64,000 bases of DNA. Origin: Planctomycetota bacterium. GTDB taxonomy: Bacteria; Planctomycetota; UBA1135; UBA2386. The notes beneath the pieces were generated by a model that made no database searches, was not told the origin of the DNA, and saw only the letters and a list, made by a program, of their open reading frames with translations. Location: contig JBKAGP010000001.1 of NCBI GenBank assembly GCA_046290465.1, positions 4,704,001 through 4,768,000 on the forward strand. Reading direction: 5' to 3'. Below, one piece after another: positions 9,930 through 21,300 of the stretch. A program made the position numbers and the translations under genes. The first letter of the stretch is position 1. Every line of letters starts with the position of its first letter.

Positions 9930-12900
9930 GGATCCTCGCGATCCGGGGCGAGAACCTCGCCAGCCTGGCGCGCTCCTTCGCGGTCGAGATGGCCAGCGGT
10001 GAGCTGGCCGACGTCGGCCTGTTCGCGATCACCGGGCCGGTCGGCGCCGGCAAGAGCACGCTGCTCGACGCGCTGTGCCTGGCGCTGTTCGACCGCACGC
10101 CGCGGCTGAGCGGCCGCGGCGGCACGCTGATCGGCGACGACGGGCAGGACGAGAGCGACTGGCTGCGCGCCAACGACCCGCGCACGCTGCTGCGGCGCAA
10201 CGCGGTCGAAGGCCACGCCGAGGTCGACTTCGTCGGGCGCGACGGCGTCGTCTGCCGAGCGCGCTGGTCGGTGCGGCGCGCGCGGCGCAAGCCGGACGGG
10301 CGCCTGCAGGAGCAGGAGATGTCGCTGACCGACGTGCACCAGGACGTCGTCGTCGCCGGCGGCCGGCGCACCGAGGTGCTCGCGGCGATCCGCCAGCGGC
10401 TGGGACTGGAGTTCGGCCAGTTCTGTCGTTCGGTGCTGCTCGCACAGGGCGAGTTCCACGCGTTCCTGCACGCGCCGGCCCGCGAGCGCGCCCGGCTGCT
10501 CGAGACCCTGACCGGCGCGCAGATCTACCGGCGGCTGTCGCGCGCGGCGCACGAGAAGCGCGTCGAGCACGACAAGGCCGTCACCCGCATGCGCGGCCAG
10601 CTCGACCAGTGCGAGGTGCTCGAGGACGAGGCGCGGCAGCGGCTCGAACGCGACGTCGAGCGGCTCGACAAGCAGGTCGGCATCTGCGACGTCGGCATCA
10701 CGGTCGCGCGTCGCTACGTGCTGTGGCACCAGGACGCCGAGCAGCGGCGCGAGGCCGAGGACGAGGCCGCGCTGCGGTTGCGCGAGGCGATCGAACGCAA
10801 CGACGCGGCCGCCGAACGGCGCGAACTGCTGCGCACGCGGCAGCGCGCGATCGCCGCGGTGCCGCGCTTCGAGGTCGCCGAGCAGGCGCGTGCGCGGGTC
10901 GGCAAGCTCGACGGCGAGGTGCGGGCCTCGATCGCCGCACAGGATGCGGCCGAGGCGCGGGTCGCCGACGCCGAGCAGCAGCTGCGTTCGCTCGCCGAAC
11001 GGCACTTCGGGGCGGCGATCGCGATGCCGCGGCTCGTACGCGACCTCGGCCAGTGGGAGTCGTCGCTGCAGCGCTGGCACGCCAACGAACAGCGGCTGCG
11101 CGAGGCCGAGCAGGCGCTGCCGCAGCTGGCCGCGGAGGTGGCGACCTCGCAGCGCACGCTCGACGGGCTGCGCGACGGGGAGGCCGCGCTGCGCCAGGCG
11201 GCGCGCGAGGCCCAGGCCGCGGTCGAGCAGGCCGAACGGGCGCTCGGCGAAGCCGACTACGACCAGCTCGCCGAGCGGCGGCGTGCGCTGTCGACGCTGC
11301 GCGACGAACACCGCACGACCGAGGCGGCCCTGGTTGCCTGGCGGCAGGCCGATGCGGACTGCAGCGCGAAGCGCAAGGCCGCCGAGCAGGCTGCCGCCGC
11401 CCTCACGCAGCGCGAGCCCGAGCGCGCCGCGGCGCAGCAGGTCGTCGAGCGGTGTGCTGCCGAGCTCGCCGGACTGCGGCGCCGGATGCGCGCGGCCGAG
11501 CAGCAGCACGGTCTCGATGGCCTGCGGTCGCAGCTCGTCGACGGCGAGGCGTGTCCGCTCTGTGGATCGCCCGAGCATCCGGCCAAGGGCCATCGCCGCG
11601 ACGACGTCGACGAGCTGCGCGCGGCCCTCGAGGCCGCCGAGCAGGCTCACGACCGCGCCGTCGCCGACGCGGCGCGCGCCGAGAGCGAGTGGCAACGCGT
11701 CACCGCCGAGCGGGCACGGGCCGACGAGCACGCGCAGGCGGCGGCGGTGGCGCTGGCCGACCGGCGCGCCGCGTTCGCCCGGTTCGACGACCCGCTGCAG
11801 GCCACCGCCGACCTCGAGGCGCAGCTCGCTTCGTGGCAGCAGCAGGACCAGGAACTGGCCACCATCGAGGCCGACGCGCGCCGCCGTTCGCAGGTCGTGC
11901 GCGCCGCGCGGCAGCGGCGCAGCAAGGCCGAGCAGGAGCTGGCCACTCGCAGCGAGCAGCTGGCGGCGGCCGAGGCCGCGCTGCGCAAGCAGGTCGACGC
12001 CCACCGCGACGGCGAACGTCAGGTCGAGCGGCTGCGCGACGCGCTGGCCGAGCTGCGTCACGGCCTCTCGGCCGCGTGCGCGGGGCTGCCCGGCGGCGTG
12101 CAGGCGATCGAAGCGCTCGGGGCCGATCGGCTCGCGATCCTGCGCGTGCTGCACGAACGCGACCAGGCACACGTCGACGCCCTCGCCAAGGCGCGCGCCG
12201 CTGTGGCCGCCGTCGAGCAGGTGCGCGAGCGCGAGCAGCACGCGCGCGGCGAGCGCGAGCAGGCCGACGCGGCGCTGGCGACGGCCCTGTCGGTCAACTC
12301 GGTTAGCGAGCACGACGTCGCGGTGGCGCGGCGGCTCGGCGTCGATGCGCTGCGCGAAGAGGCGGACGCGCTCGAACAGCTCGCCGGCGACGTGCAGCGC
12401 TGCCGCACCGAGCTGGGCCTGCGGACCAGGCTGCGCCGCGAACACGAGGACCACCAGCGGCCGACGCTCGGCGCCGACGACGCGCTGCGTGCGCTCGACG
12501 ACGCGCAGAAGGACAAGGACCGCGTCGCGCGGCTGCTGCTCGACGCGCGCACGCGGCTGTCGTTCGACGACACGATGCGCAAGCGCCGCTCCGACCTGCT
12601 CCCCGGGCTGACGCGGGCCGAGCAGGAGTTCGAGACGTGGCGCGCGCTCGACGACCTGATCGGCAGCAGTGCCGGCGATGCGTTCGCGGTGTTCGCGCAG
12701 GCGCTGACGCTCGACCTGCTGCTGCTCGAGGCCAACCGCCGTCTCGAAGAACTGGCCCGCCGCTACCGGCTCGAGAAGAGCGTCGGTGGCGAGCTCGACT
12801 TCGTCGTCGTCGACCTCGACATGGGTGGCACGCGTCGCAGCCTGCACACGCTGTCCGGTGGCGAGACGTTCCTGGTGTCGCTGGCGCTGGCCCTGGCGCT

Positions 12901-13138
12901 GGCGACGCTGGCCGCGCCGCGCTCGCGGGTCGAGACGCTGTTCCTCGACGAGGGCTTTGGCACGCTCGACGCGCACAACCTCGAGATCGCGCTCGGTGCG
13001 CTCGACTCGCTGCAGGCGACCGGCTGCCAGGTCGGCATCATCAGCCACGTCGACGGCATCGCCGAGCGGATCGGCGCGGTGGTCGAGGTGCGGCCCGAGG
13101 GGTCGGGGCAGAGCCGGGTGGTTGCGCGAAGAGGCTGA
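9926..13138 (+). CDS. sbcC: Exonuclease SbcCD subunit C (SMC-like ATPase)
   Basis: GTG start overlapping the sbcD stop; GPVGAGKST, CPLCG zinc hook, LSGGE, LFLDEGFG. Confidence 0.96.
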   Translation: MRILAIRGENLASLARSFAVEMASGELADVGLFAITGPVGAGKSTLLDALCLALFDRTPRLSGRGGTLIGDDGQDESDWLRANDPRTLLRRNAVEGHAEVDFVGRDGVVCRARWSVRRARRKPDGRLQEQEMSLTDVHQDVVVAGGRRTEVLAAIRQRLGLEFGQFCRSVLLAQGEFHAFLHAPARERARLLETLTGAQIYRRLSRAAHEKRVEHDKAVTRMRGQLDQCEVLEDEARQRLERDVERLDKQVGICDVGITVARRYVLWHQDAEQRREAEDEAALRLREAIERNDAAAERRELLRTRQRAIAAVPRFEVAEQARARVGKLDGEVRASIAAQDAAEARVADAEQQLRSLAERHFGAAIAMPRLVRDLGQWESSLQRWHANEQRLREAEQALPQLAAEVATSQRTLDGLRDGEAALRQAAREAQAAVEQAERALGEADYDQLAERRRALSTLRDEHRTTEAALVAWRQADADCSAKRKAAEQAAAALTQREPERAAAQQVVERCAAELAGLRRRMRAAEQQHGLDGLRSQLVDGEACPLCGSPEHPAKGHRRDDVDELRAALEAAEQAHDRAVADAARAESEWQRVTAERARADEHAQAAAVALADRRAAFARFDDPLQATADLEAQLASWQQQDQELATIEADARRRSQVVRAARQRRSKAEQELATRSEQLAAAEAALRKQVDAHRDGERQVERLRDALAELRHGLSAACAGLPGGVQAIEALGADRLAILRVLHERDQAHVDALAKARAAVAAVEQVREREQHARGEREQADAALATALSVNSVSEHDVAVARRLGVDALREEADALEQLAGDVQRCRTELGLRTRLRREHEDHQRPTLGADDALRALDDAQKDKDRVARLLLDARTRLSFDDTMRKRRSDLLPGLTRAEQEFETWRALDDLIGSSAGDAFAVFAQALTLDLLLLEANRRLEELARRYRLEKSVGGELDFVVVDLDMGGTRRSLHTLSGGETFLVSLALALALATLAAPRSRVETLFLDEGFGTLDAHNLEIALGALDSLQATGCQVGIISHVDGIAERIGAVVEVRPEGSGQSRVVARRG

Positions 13139-13171
13139 CGCGGCATACGCGCGACTGGTGGACGGTTCGAG

Positions 13172-13774
13172 ATGTTGCTTGCGTTGCTGGGACGGGGGCG
13201 CACACCTGACGGAGATGGAGACGCTACGTGGGGCTACTGGCGCCTTGATGACGGCGCCACGACGTACAGGCTTCGGCAACGTGCAGCGCTCAGGTAGCGT
13301 GACGGTGACCTGCGGGGGGTGCGGTTGAGAGTCGTTGCGCTCGTCGCGGTCCTGTCTTCTCGCGGGCTTGGCTCTCGTGCTCCTGTGGCCCCAGCCCGAG
13401 GTCCCGACGTTCGTGGATCCGCCGGCCGCGCAGTCATGGCGTACCGATCCTCCATCGGTGCCGGCAACAGCCGATGTTCGTGAGCCGGCAATGGGCCACC
13501 AAGCGTCGGAGGCAGCGGATGCAGACGAGTCCTCCTCTGCTGAAGCAGTCGACCGATTCGGGCGGCCGCTGGATCCGATCGCCTTCCTGCATTCGATGAT
13601 CGGGACTATCCGGACAGCTTCGTCTTGCTGGATGAGTTGCGGGAGCTGCGTCTCGATGCACAGGAGGAGATGTGCAGGGTGGATCGGCGCGTCGTTGGCG
13701 GCTTGCGGGAAGGTCTGGTACTGGTGAAGCCCGCCGCGACGGTGCAGAGCCAGCGTGGCGCGGCTGGAGGCTGA
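13172..13774 (+). pseudogene. Decayed coding remnant(s) in a compositionally atypical segment
   Basis: Visibly lower GC3; protein-like fragments in different frames (WGYWRLDDG; LALVLLWPQPE...FLHSMI; DYPDSFVLLDELRELR). Confidence 0.35.
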
Positions 13775-13938
13775 AGCGGCGCGGGCTGGATCGCGTGGTT
13801 ACCGAACGGCTGTCCGGGGCTAGTCCGGGGTGCCGGTGGGACGTTCGTCCTCGGTGAGGAAGAAGGTCGCACCACGCCATTTGTCTGCCCCCGGCGAATG
13901 CTCTTCGAGGCTCCTTTCCCCAAGAAGGAGGCGCTCAA

Positions 13939-15303
13939 GTGCCCCGACCGATCCGTCTGTTGGCCGTCACCGCGCTTGCGGTGATCAGCGCGGAACTCTC
14001 CGCCCAGAACCGTTACCGCATCCGCAAACTGCGTTGCGAAGGGCTCGCCCACGGCGTGGCCTGGAGCATCGCCGACGACGGCACGGTCGTCGGCGAGATG
14101 CTCGACACAGCGGGGAGGCCGCATGCCGTGCGCTGGCGTGAAGGGGCCGGCGCGCAGTCGGCCGGCGAACAGCTGGCCGGCGCGGGCGGCAGCGAGGTCG
14201 GGGTCGCGTACTGGACAGGAACGGCCGGTGCGATCGCCGGCGCGACGGGCCTCGGCCTCTCGCGCACGTCGGCGACCGTCTGGCTGCCAGGAGATGGGGA
14301 AGGTCTGCGCGCGGTCGATCTCGGCGCGCTCACCGGTGCGTTCGGTTCGGCGGCGCTCGCCGTCGGCCACGATCGCGCGGTGGGCTTCGTCGACGACGGC
14401 CTGCAGGGCACGCCGATGCTGTGGCACGACCTGTCGTCGAAGCCCACGCCGATGGCGCTGCCGATGCCCGCATGGGCGTTCGCCGGGGAGGCGGTCGCGA
14501 TGCTGCACGCCGAGGCCGCGGTCGGCTTCGTCGCCGACTTCGGATCGGTGCAGCCGGTCGTCTGGCGGCTCGCCGGTCCCCAGCCGAAACTGCACGTGCT
14601 GCCGACGGCCGGCGGCCAGGGCATGGTCCAGGCCGCGCGGGGCGGCACCGCGGTCGGCGTGGTCTGGCCGCCGCTCTCGGGTCGGGCACACCTCGCGACG
14701 TGGGCCGACGGCGAACTCGACGACCTCGGCAACCTGCCGGGCACCGACTGCTACGGCCGCGCGGTCAACCGCCGCGGCGACGTCGTCGGCTACGCGCGCA
14801 CCTACTCGCTGCCGGCCTACGTCGGCGTGATGAAGCTGCGCGGCCAGCCGGTCGTCGACCTCAACGAACTGTTGCCGCCGAACTCCGGCTGGACGATCGC
14901 GCGCGCGCTCGACATCTCGGACGACGGCGTGATCGTCGGCACCGGCGTCTTCGACGGCTTCTACGAGCCGTTCGTGATGGTGCCCGAAGGCGTCGCGCTG
15001 GCCGCGCCCGCGCCAGGCATCGCCGGCGCCAACAACGAAATCACCGTGGACGGCGCCTCGCCGCTCGGGTCCGTGATCCATTGTGTTGCGCTCATGAGTG
15101 GGAACGCGCCGGTGCCCGGTTGCGATGCGAGGCTCGACCTCGACTCGCCGCTGGTGTTCGGCGTGATCGAGGCGGACACGAGTGGTCGGGCGTCGTTCCC
15201 GGTGTTCGTTCCGGCGGTGCTGCGCGGCATCCCGCTGCGGTTCCAGGCCTTCGACCATTCGATCTGCGAGCCGAGCAACGTGGTGCCGTTCGCGTTCCGG
15301 TGA
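13939..15303 (+). CDS. Secreted HAF-repeat/beta-propeller-like protein with planctomycete-type C-terminal module
   Basis: AAGGAGG RBS before GTG; repeats such as A.SIADDGTVVG, DLGNLPG...AVNRRGDVVG, DLNELLP..SGW.I..A.DISDDG.IVG. Confidence 0.85.
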   Translation: MPRPIRLLAVTALAVISAELSAQNRYRIRKLRCEGLAHGVAWSIADDGTVVGEMLDTAGRPHAVRWREGAGAQSAGEQLAGAGGSEVGVAYWTGTAGAIAGATGLGLSRTSATVWLPGDGEGLRAVDLGALTGAFGSAALAVGHDRAVGFVDDGLQGTPMLWHDLSSKPTPMALPMPAWAFAGEAVAMLHAEAAVGFVADFGSVQPVVWRLAGPQPKLHVLPTAGGQGMVQAARGGTAVGVVWPPLSGRAHLATWADGELDDLGNLPGTDCYGRAVNRRGDVVGYARTYSLPAYVGVMKLRGQPVVDLNELLPPNSGWTIARALDISDDGVIVGTGVFDGFYEPFVMVPEGVALAAPAPGIAGANNEITVDGASPLGSVIHCVALMSGNAPVPGCDARLDLDSPLVFGVIEADTSGRASFPVFVPAVLRGIPLRFQAFDHSICEPSNVVPFAFR

Positions 15304-15342
15304 GCAACGAGGACGCGACGCGGCGCGCGTCGTCGCGGTAGC

Positions 15343-17136
15343 ATGCGGCGCATGCTTGCCTCGCTCGCGTTCTGCATCGCCCTCGTCCCCCAGGGCGGCG
15401 TCAAGACGGCCGGCACGGTCGTCGACGTCGACGGTAGCCCGGTCGCCAACGCGCAGGTGACGTTCTTGTCGCGGCAGATCCCGCGCGCGCTGCATGGCGT
15501 CGAGGATCGGCGCGTCGCGACCACCGACGAACGCGGCCGCTACCGCGTCGAACTGGCGAAGGAGACCAGCTACAGCGCCTGGGCGACCTGGCCGGAGCGC
15601 GCGACCGACGTCGTCGAGGGCGTCATGGGCGGCTCGTTCCTCGGGCTGCGCGGGGTGCCGGGCACCGGCTCGTACGAGGTGCGCATCGACGGCATCGACG
15701 CGTGGCCGGACCACGCCGAGTTCACGGTGCGCGCGCTGGTCGGCGCCTCGAACGTCGACTTCGTGCCCTGCGAACGGGAGGGCGACGGCTTTCGCGTGCC
15801 GCCGCTGCCGCCGATGACGGTGCGTGCGATCGAGGTGCTGGACCCGCGCGGCGAGATCGTCGCGGTCGGCTCGGCGCAGAACACGCAGGACGGCTACACG
15901 TTCGCGATGTCGCCGCCGGTGGAGTTCCCGATCGAGGTCGTCGACGCGCAGGGGGCGCCCGTCGCCGGCGCCGAGGTGCGCTGGCACATCCGCAACTACT
16001 GGTACTCGGCCGACGACACGCTGGCGTTCATGCAGCGGTTCCGTTCGCCGTGTCCGGTGGTCGCGCGCACCGATGCGGACGGCGAGGCCGACGTGCGGGT
16101 GCCGGAGAAGGCGGTCGACGACCTCTGGCTGATCACGTCGAAGGACGGCTTCCGGATGTCGATCGACGGCTTCCACCGCGGCCAGGTCGTGCAGGGCGGC
16201 GTCGGCACCGGCGACGTGCCGAAGCCGCGGCAGCTGCGCGTGGTGCTGAAGCAGGCCGATGTCGAGCGCATCGACCTGACCGACCGCGGTCTGCCGCAGG
16301 CCGAGGGCTTCCTGCGCATGGGGCTGCGCATCTACGTCAAGAGCAAGAACTCGACGCGCGGCACGATCCTGCCGTTCAACGCGCCGATCGAGGACGGCAA
16401 GGCGGTGTTCCGTTCGCCGCTGCCGGCCAAGACCGAGGTCGAACTGCTGGAGGTGTCGCTGACCGACGTCGTGCGCGACAAGCTGCGCGAACGGTTCGGC
16501 TTCGCGCCGCGGTTCTGGCGGCTGGCCGAACCCGAGACGTTCGCGGTCGACAAGGTGGTCGAGGACCCGCTCGGGCTGCGCGACGCGCGCATGGTGCAGG
16601 TGACGGCCGCCGATGGCCGGCCCGCGGCGCACGTCGGCGTGCTCTATCGCGACGACCGCGGCTCGACCATGGGCGTGCGTGTCGACCGGCTCGGTCGCGC
16701 GCTGATCTCCGGCCACGTCGGTCGCGGCAGTCCGATCGGTTCGTGTTCGATGCGCGGCTTCGCTGCCCGCTCGATGCCCGAAGAGATCTCCGAACGGGTG
16801 TTGCTGCAGCTGCAGGAGATGGTGCCGCTGGCGGTGCGCGTCGAGGTCGACGGTGATCCGGTGGCGGAGCCGGTCCTGGTGCAGCCGACCGGCCTGCAGC
16901 CCGACGAAGCAGAAGGGGGCGACGGGGTCGGCGCGGCCGGAGCCTGGATCGTCGAGCAGGCGAGTTCGTTGTTGCCCGGCGTCTGGAGCGATGCGAGCGG
17001 TGTCGTGATGCTGCGGCTGCCGCCGATCGGCGGGCGGCTGAGTCTGCGCTCGTCGCGCAAGGTCGTCGACGGCGGCACGCTGGTCTGGGAGCCCGGGCGC
17101 ACCAAGGAGCACGTCGTGACGATCGAGTCGCGTTGA
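15343..17136 (+). CDS. Secreted protein with carboxypeptidase-regulatory-like (CarboxypepD_reg) beta domains
   Basis: Repeated G.VVD..G.PVA.A.V and TD..G motifs; signal peptide. Confidence 0.75.
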   Translation: MRRMLASLAFCIALVPQGGVKTAGTVVDVDGSPVANAQVTFLSRQIPRALHGVEDRRVATTDERGRYRVELAKETSYSAWATWPERATDVVEGVMGGSFLGLRGVPGTGSYEVRIDGIDAWPDHAEFTVRALVGASNVDFVPCEREGDGFRVPPLPPMTVRAIEVLDPRGEIVAVGSAQNTQDGYTFAMSPPVEFPIEVVDAQGAPVAGAEVRWHIRNYWYSADDTLAFMQRFRSPCPVVARTDADGEADVRVPEKAVDDLWLITSKDGFRMSIDGFHRGQVVQGGVGTGDVPKPRQLRVVLKQADVERIDLTDRGLPQAEGFLRMGLRIYVKSKNSTRGTILPFNAPIEDGKAVFRSPLPAKTEVELLEVSLTDVVRDKLRERFGFAPRFWRLAEPETFAVDKVVEDPLGLRDARMVQVTAADGRPAAHVGVLYRDDRGSTMGVRVDRLGRALISGHVGRGSPIGSCSMRGFAARSMPEEISERVLLQLQEMVPLAVRVEVDGDPVAEPVLVQPTGLQPDEAEGGDGVGAAGAWIVEQASSLLPGVWSDASGVVMLRLPPIGGRLSLRSSRKVVDGGTLVWEPGRTKEHVVTIESR

Positions 17137-17260
17137 GCGGCCTTGGCGCGAGCGGCCCATGCGATCGCGTCGTCGCCGGTTCGCGCGTCCGATCGGGACA
17201 ACCCCGCGACTTGTTGTGGCGGTCGGGTCGGACTACCTCGGGTAACCTCTCGACCCTTCG

Positions 17261-18331
17261 ATGCGCTCCTTCGTCGCCTACGTCCTGGCCCTGCTCGCCG
17301 TCTGTGCGGGTGTGTGGTTCGGCTTCTTCTCCAAGAACGACGTCGAGGGCAAGGAGTCCCGGCGCGCCGCCGGTGCGACTCCGGTGATCCTGGCGCCGGT
17401 TGTCGACGCTCCGTTCGCCGACAAGCTGGCCGCGCTCGGCACGGCGGTCGCCAACGAGTCGGTGACGCTGACCGCCAACCGCAGCGACCTCGTCAAGGCG
17501 ATCCACTTCGACGACGGCCAGCAGGTCGAGAAGGACCAGGTCCTGCTCGAGCTGCAGACGGCCGAAGAGCAGTCGATGCTCGCCGAGGCGAAGGCGCTGA
17601 TGGTCGAGCGTGAGGCCGCGCACGAGCGCGCCGTCGAACTCAACGGCCAGGGGATCTCGCCGAACAGCGAGGTGCAGACCACCGCCGCCCAGCTCAACGC
17701 CGCGCGCTCGCGCGTGCAGACCCTCGAGGCGACGATCCGTGACCACGTGGTGCGGGCGCCGTTCGCCGGCGTGCTCGGCCTGCGTCGCGTCAGCGTCGGC
17801 TCGCTGCTGCAGTCGTCGACGGTGATCACGACGCTCGACGATCTGTCGGTGGTCAAGGTCGACTTCACGCTGCCGGAGACCTGGCTCGCCGCGGTGCGGG
17901 TCGGCCAGCCGGTGCAGGCGCGCAGCGACGCGTGGCCCGAAGAGGTGTTCGTCGGCAAGGTCTCGGCGATCGACACGCGACTCGATCGGCGCACCCGTTC
18001 GGCGACGATCCGCGCGATCGTCGACAACAAGGACCTCAAGCTGCGTCCCGGCATGCTGATGAAGGTCGACGTCGACCGCGGTGAGGCGGCGTCGCGACAG
18101 GTGCCCGAGGAGGCGTTGATCCAGAAGGGCGAGCAGCACTTCGTCTACGTCGTCGGCGACGACACGGTCGCCAGGGAGGTCGTCATCGACGTCGGCCGCC
18201 GCCAGGTCGGCCGCGTCGAGGTGCTCGGTGGCCTCGAGGTCGGCCAGCGCGTCGTGGTCGAAGGGCTGGTGCGCGTGCGCGACGGCAGCAAGGTGCAGGT
18301 CGTCGCGGTGCGCGACGGAGACAAGCAGTGA
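17261..18331 (+). CDS. RND efflux periplasmic adaptor (membrane fusion protein)
   Basis: N-terminal anchor, FDDGQQVEKDQVL, RAPFAGVLG, LRPGML. Confidence 0.93.
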   Translation: MRSFVAYVLALLAVCAGVWFGFFSKNDVEGKESRRAAGATPVILAPVVDAPFADKLAALGTAVANESVTLTANRSDLVKAIHFDDGQQVEKDQVLLELQTAEEQSMLAEAKALMVEREAAHERAVELNGQGISPNSEVQTTAAQLNAARSRVQTLEATIRDHVVRAPFAGVLGLRRVSVGSLLQSSTVITTLDDLSVVKVDFTLPETWLAAVRVGQPVQARSDAWPEEVFVGKVSAIDTRLDRRTRSATIRAIVDNKDLKLRPGMLMKVDVDRGEAASRQVPEEALIQKGEQHFVYVVGDDTVAREVVIDVGRRQVGRVEVLGGLEVGQRVVVEGLVRVRDGSKVQVVAVRDGDKQ

Positions 18332-21300
18332 TCCTGTCCGACCTGTCGGTCCGGCGGCCGGTGCTCGCGTCGGTGCTGAGCCTGGTGCTGGTCACGCTCG
18401 GCATCGTCGGGCTGATGCGGCTGTCGATGCGCGAACTGCCCGACATCGATTCGCCGCGCGTCAGCATCAGCACCAACTACCCGGGGGCCGCGGCCGCGGT
18501 CGTCGAGACGCGCGTCACCCAGGTCATCGAGAACGAGATCAGCGGCATCGACGGGATCCGCACGATCTCGTCCAACACCTCGGACGGCCGTTCGTCGATC
18601 GACGTCGAGTTCGTGCTCGGTCGCGATCTCGACTCGGCCGCCAACGACGTGCGCGACCGCGTCGGCCGCGTGCTCGACCGGCTGCCCGAGGAGGTCGACC
18701 CGCCCGAGGTCGCCAAGGTGCAGTCCGGCTCCGACACGGTGTTCTGGATGAGTCTGGCCTCGCCGATCCGCGACGCGCTCGAGCTGACCGACTACGTCGA
18801 CCGCTACCTTGCGGACCAGTTCGCCAACGTCGAAGGGGTCGCGCAGGTGCGCTACGGCGGCGGCAGCCGCTACTCGATGCGGATCTGGCTCGATCGCGAG
18901 GCGCTGGCCGCGACCGGGGTGACCGCCGGCGACGTCGAGGCGGCGCTGCGGCGCGAGAACGTCGAGCTGCCGGCCGGTCGGGTCGAGTCGACCAGCCGCG
19001 AGTTCACCGTCCGGGTGGCGCGCCGCTACCAGACCGCCGAGCAGTTCGGCCGCCTGACCGTCGGTCGCGGCGACCAGGGCCACCTGCTGCGCCTGGAGGA
19101 CGTCGCGCGCATCGAGCTCGGCCCGTCCGACGACCGCAACGTGTTCCGTCGCAACGGCGAGGACATGGTCGGCATCGGCATCATCGCGCAGGCCAAGGCC
19201 AACGTGGTCTCGGTCGTCGACGGCGTGCGCAAGCGTATGGCCGAGATCAACGAGACGCTGCCGCAGGACATCCAGCTGTATCCGTCGAGCGACTCGTCGG
19301 TCTACATCCGCGCCGCGATCGACGAGGTCTACCGCACGCTGTTCATCACCGCGCTGGTGGTGATCGGCGTGATCTTCCTGTTCCTCGGCAGCGGGCTGGC
19401 GACGCTGATCCCGGCGCTGACGGTGCCGGTGTCGCTGGTCGGCACGTTCTTCGTGCTCGACCAGCTCGGCTTCTCGATCAACCTGCTGACGCTGCTCGGG
19501 CTGGTGCTGGCGATCGGCCTCGTCGTCGACGACGCGATCGTCGTGCTCGAGAACATCGCGCGCCGCATCCGCAACGGCGAGCCGCCGCTGCGCGCCGCGT
19601 TCGTCGGCACGCGCCAGGTCGGCTTCGCGGTGGTCGCGACCACCGTCGTGCTGGTGGCGGTGCTGGTGCCGGTCACGTTCGTCGAGGGCAACACCGGTCG
19701 CCTGTTCACCGAGTTCGCGCTGGCGCTCGCCGGTGCCGTGGTGCTGTCGACGGTCGTCGCGCTGACGTTGACCCCGGTGATGTGCTCGCTGCTGCTCAAG
19801 GGCGGCAAGCCGACGCCGCTGATCCGCGTGGTCGACTGGATGTTCGTGCCGGTGCAGCGCGGCTACCGCTGGCTGCTCGAAGGGCTGGTGTCGCAACCGC
19901 TCGCGGCGATCGCGATCGCCGGCGGCCTGGCGCTTTCGATCGGCGGCCTCTACCAGGGGCTGCCGCAGGAATACGCGCCGCAGGAGGACCGCGGTTCGTT
20001 CCGGATCAGCATGAAGGGTCCGGAGGGCGCGTCGTTCGAGCACGCGGTGCGCGCCGGCGGCGAGGGCGAGAAGGTGATGATGGCGCTGATCGAGTCCGGC
20101 GAGGCGCAGCGGGTGCTGCTGCGGGTGCCGGGCTCGTGGTCGTCGTCGGGCAGCGTCAACTCGGCGTTCGGCACCGTGCTGCTGCAGCTGTGGGGCGAAC
20201 GCGAGCGCACCACCAGGGAGATCATGGCCGACGTCGATCGGCAGCTCAGTGCGATCCCGGGCTACCGCGCGTTCTGCATCGCGGAGTCGGGCCTGCTGCG
20301 CCGATCGGGGCAGCCGGTGCAGTTCGTGCTGACCGGTTCGACCTACGAGGAGCTGGCCGGCTGGCGCGACGTGGTGGTGGCCGAGGCGCGCCGCAACCCG
20401 GGCCTGGTCGCGGTCAACAGCGACTACGAGGAGACCAAGCCGCAGCTCGAGGTGATCGTCGACGACGATCGCGCCGCCGACCTGGGCGTGTCGTCGGTCG
20501 AGGTCGGGCGCACGCTCGAGACCATGATGGGCTCGCGCCGCGTGACGACGTTCGTCGAGCGCGGTGAGGAATACGACGTCGTGCTCGAAGCCGAGGACAG
20601 CGACAAGCGGTCGCCGACCGACCTCGAGCAGATCTACGTGCGCTCGCAGACGACCGGCGAACTGGTGCGGCTCGCCAACGTGGTCTCGGTGCGCGAACTC
20701 GCCGACTCGGCGACGCGCAACCGCTACGACCGCCTGCGTTCGATCACCATCAACGCCAACCTCGCCGAGGGCTACACGCTCGGCGAAGCGCTGACGTTCT
20801 TGCGCGGGGTGGTGCGCGACAAGCTGGGCGGCCAGCCCGGCATCGCCTACGGCGGCCAGAGCCGCGAGTTCGTCGAGTCGTCGGACGCCCTGCTGCTGAC
20901 GTTCCTGGTGTCGCTGCTGCTGGTCTACCTGGTGCTGGCGGCGCAGTTCGAGTCGTTCGTGCAGCCGCTGGTGATCCTGCTGACGGTGCCGTTGGCGGTG
21001 TTCGGCGGCCTGCTCGGTCTCGAGCTCGGCGGTGGCACGATCAACATCTACAGCCAGATCGGCATGGTCATCCTGATCGGCCTCGCGGCGAAGAACGGCA
21101 TCCTGATCGTCGAGTTCGCCAACCAGCTACGCGACGAAGGCAAGCACTGGCGCGACGCCGTGATCGACGCCAGCGTGCTGCGCCTGCGGCCGATCCTGAT
21201 GACCGGCCTGTCGACGTCGCTCGGCGCGCTGCCGCTGGTGCTCGCCAGCGGCGCCGGTGCCGAGGGCCGCGCGGCGATCGGGCTGGTGGTGCTGTTCGGC

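Noticed and set aside
8615..13138. 1507-aa ORF suggesting a giant SbcC or an SbcD-SbcC fusion
   Set aside because: The first ~437 codons are an off-frame shadow of sbcD. Real SbcC begins at GTG 9926 overlapping the sbcD stop.
9836..17160. Very long antisense ORFs (9836-13279, 13606-17160) and similar ones across the window
   Set aside because: These are Arg/Ala/Pro-rich shadow frames expected in high-GC DNA opposite genes with clear motifs.
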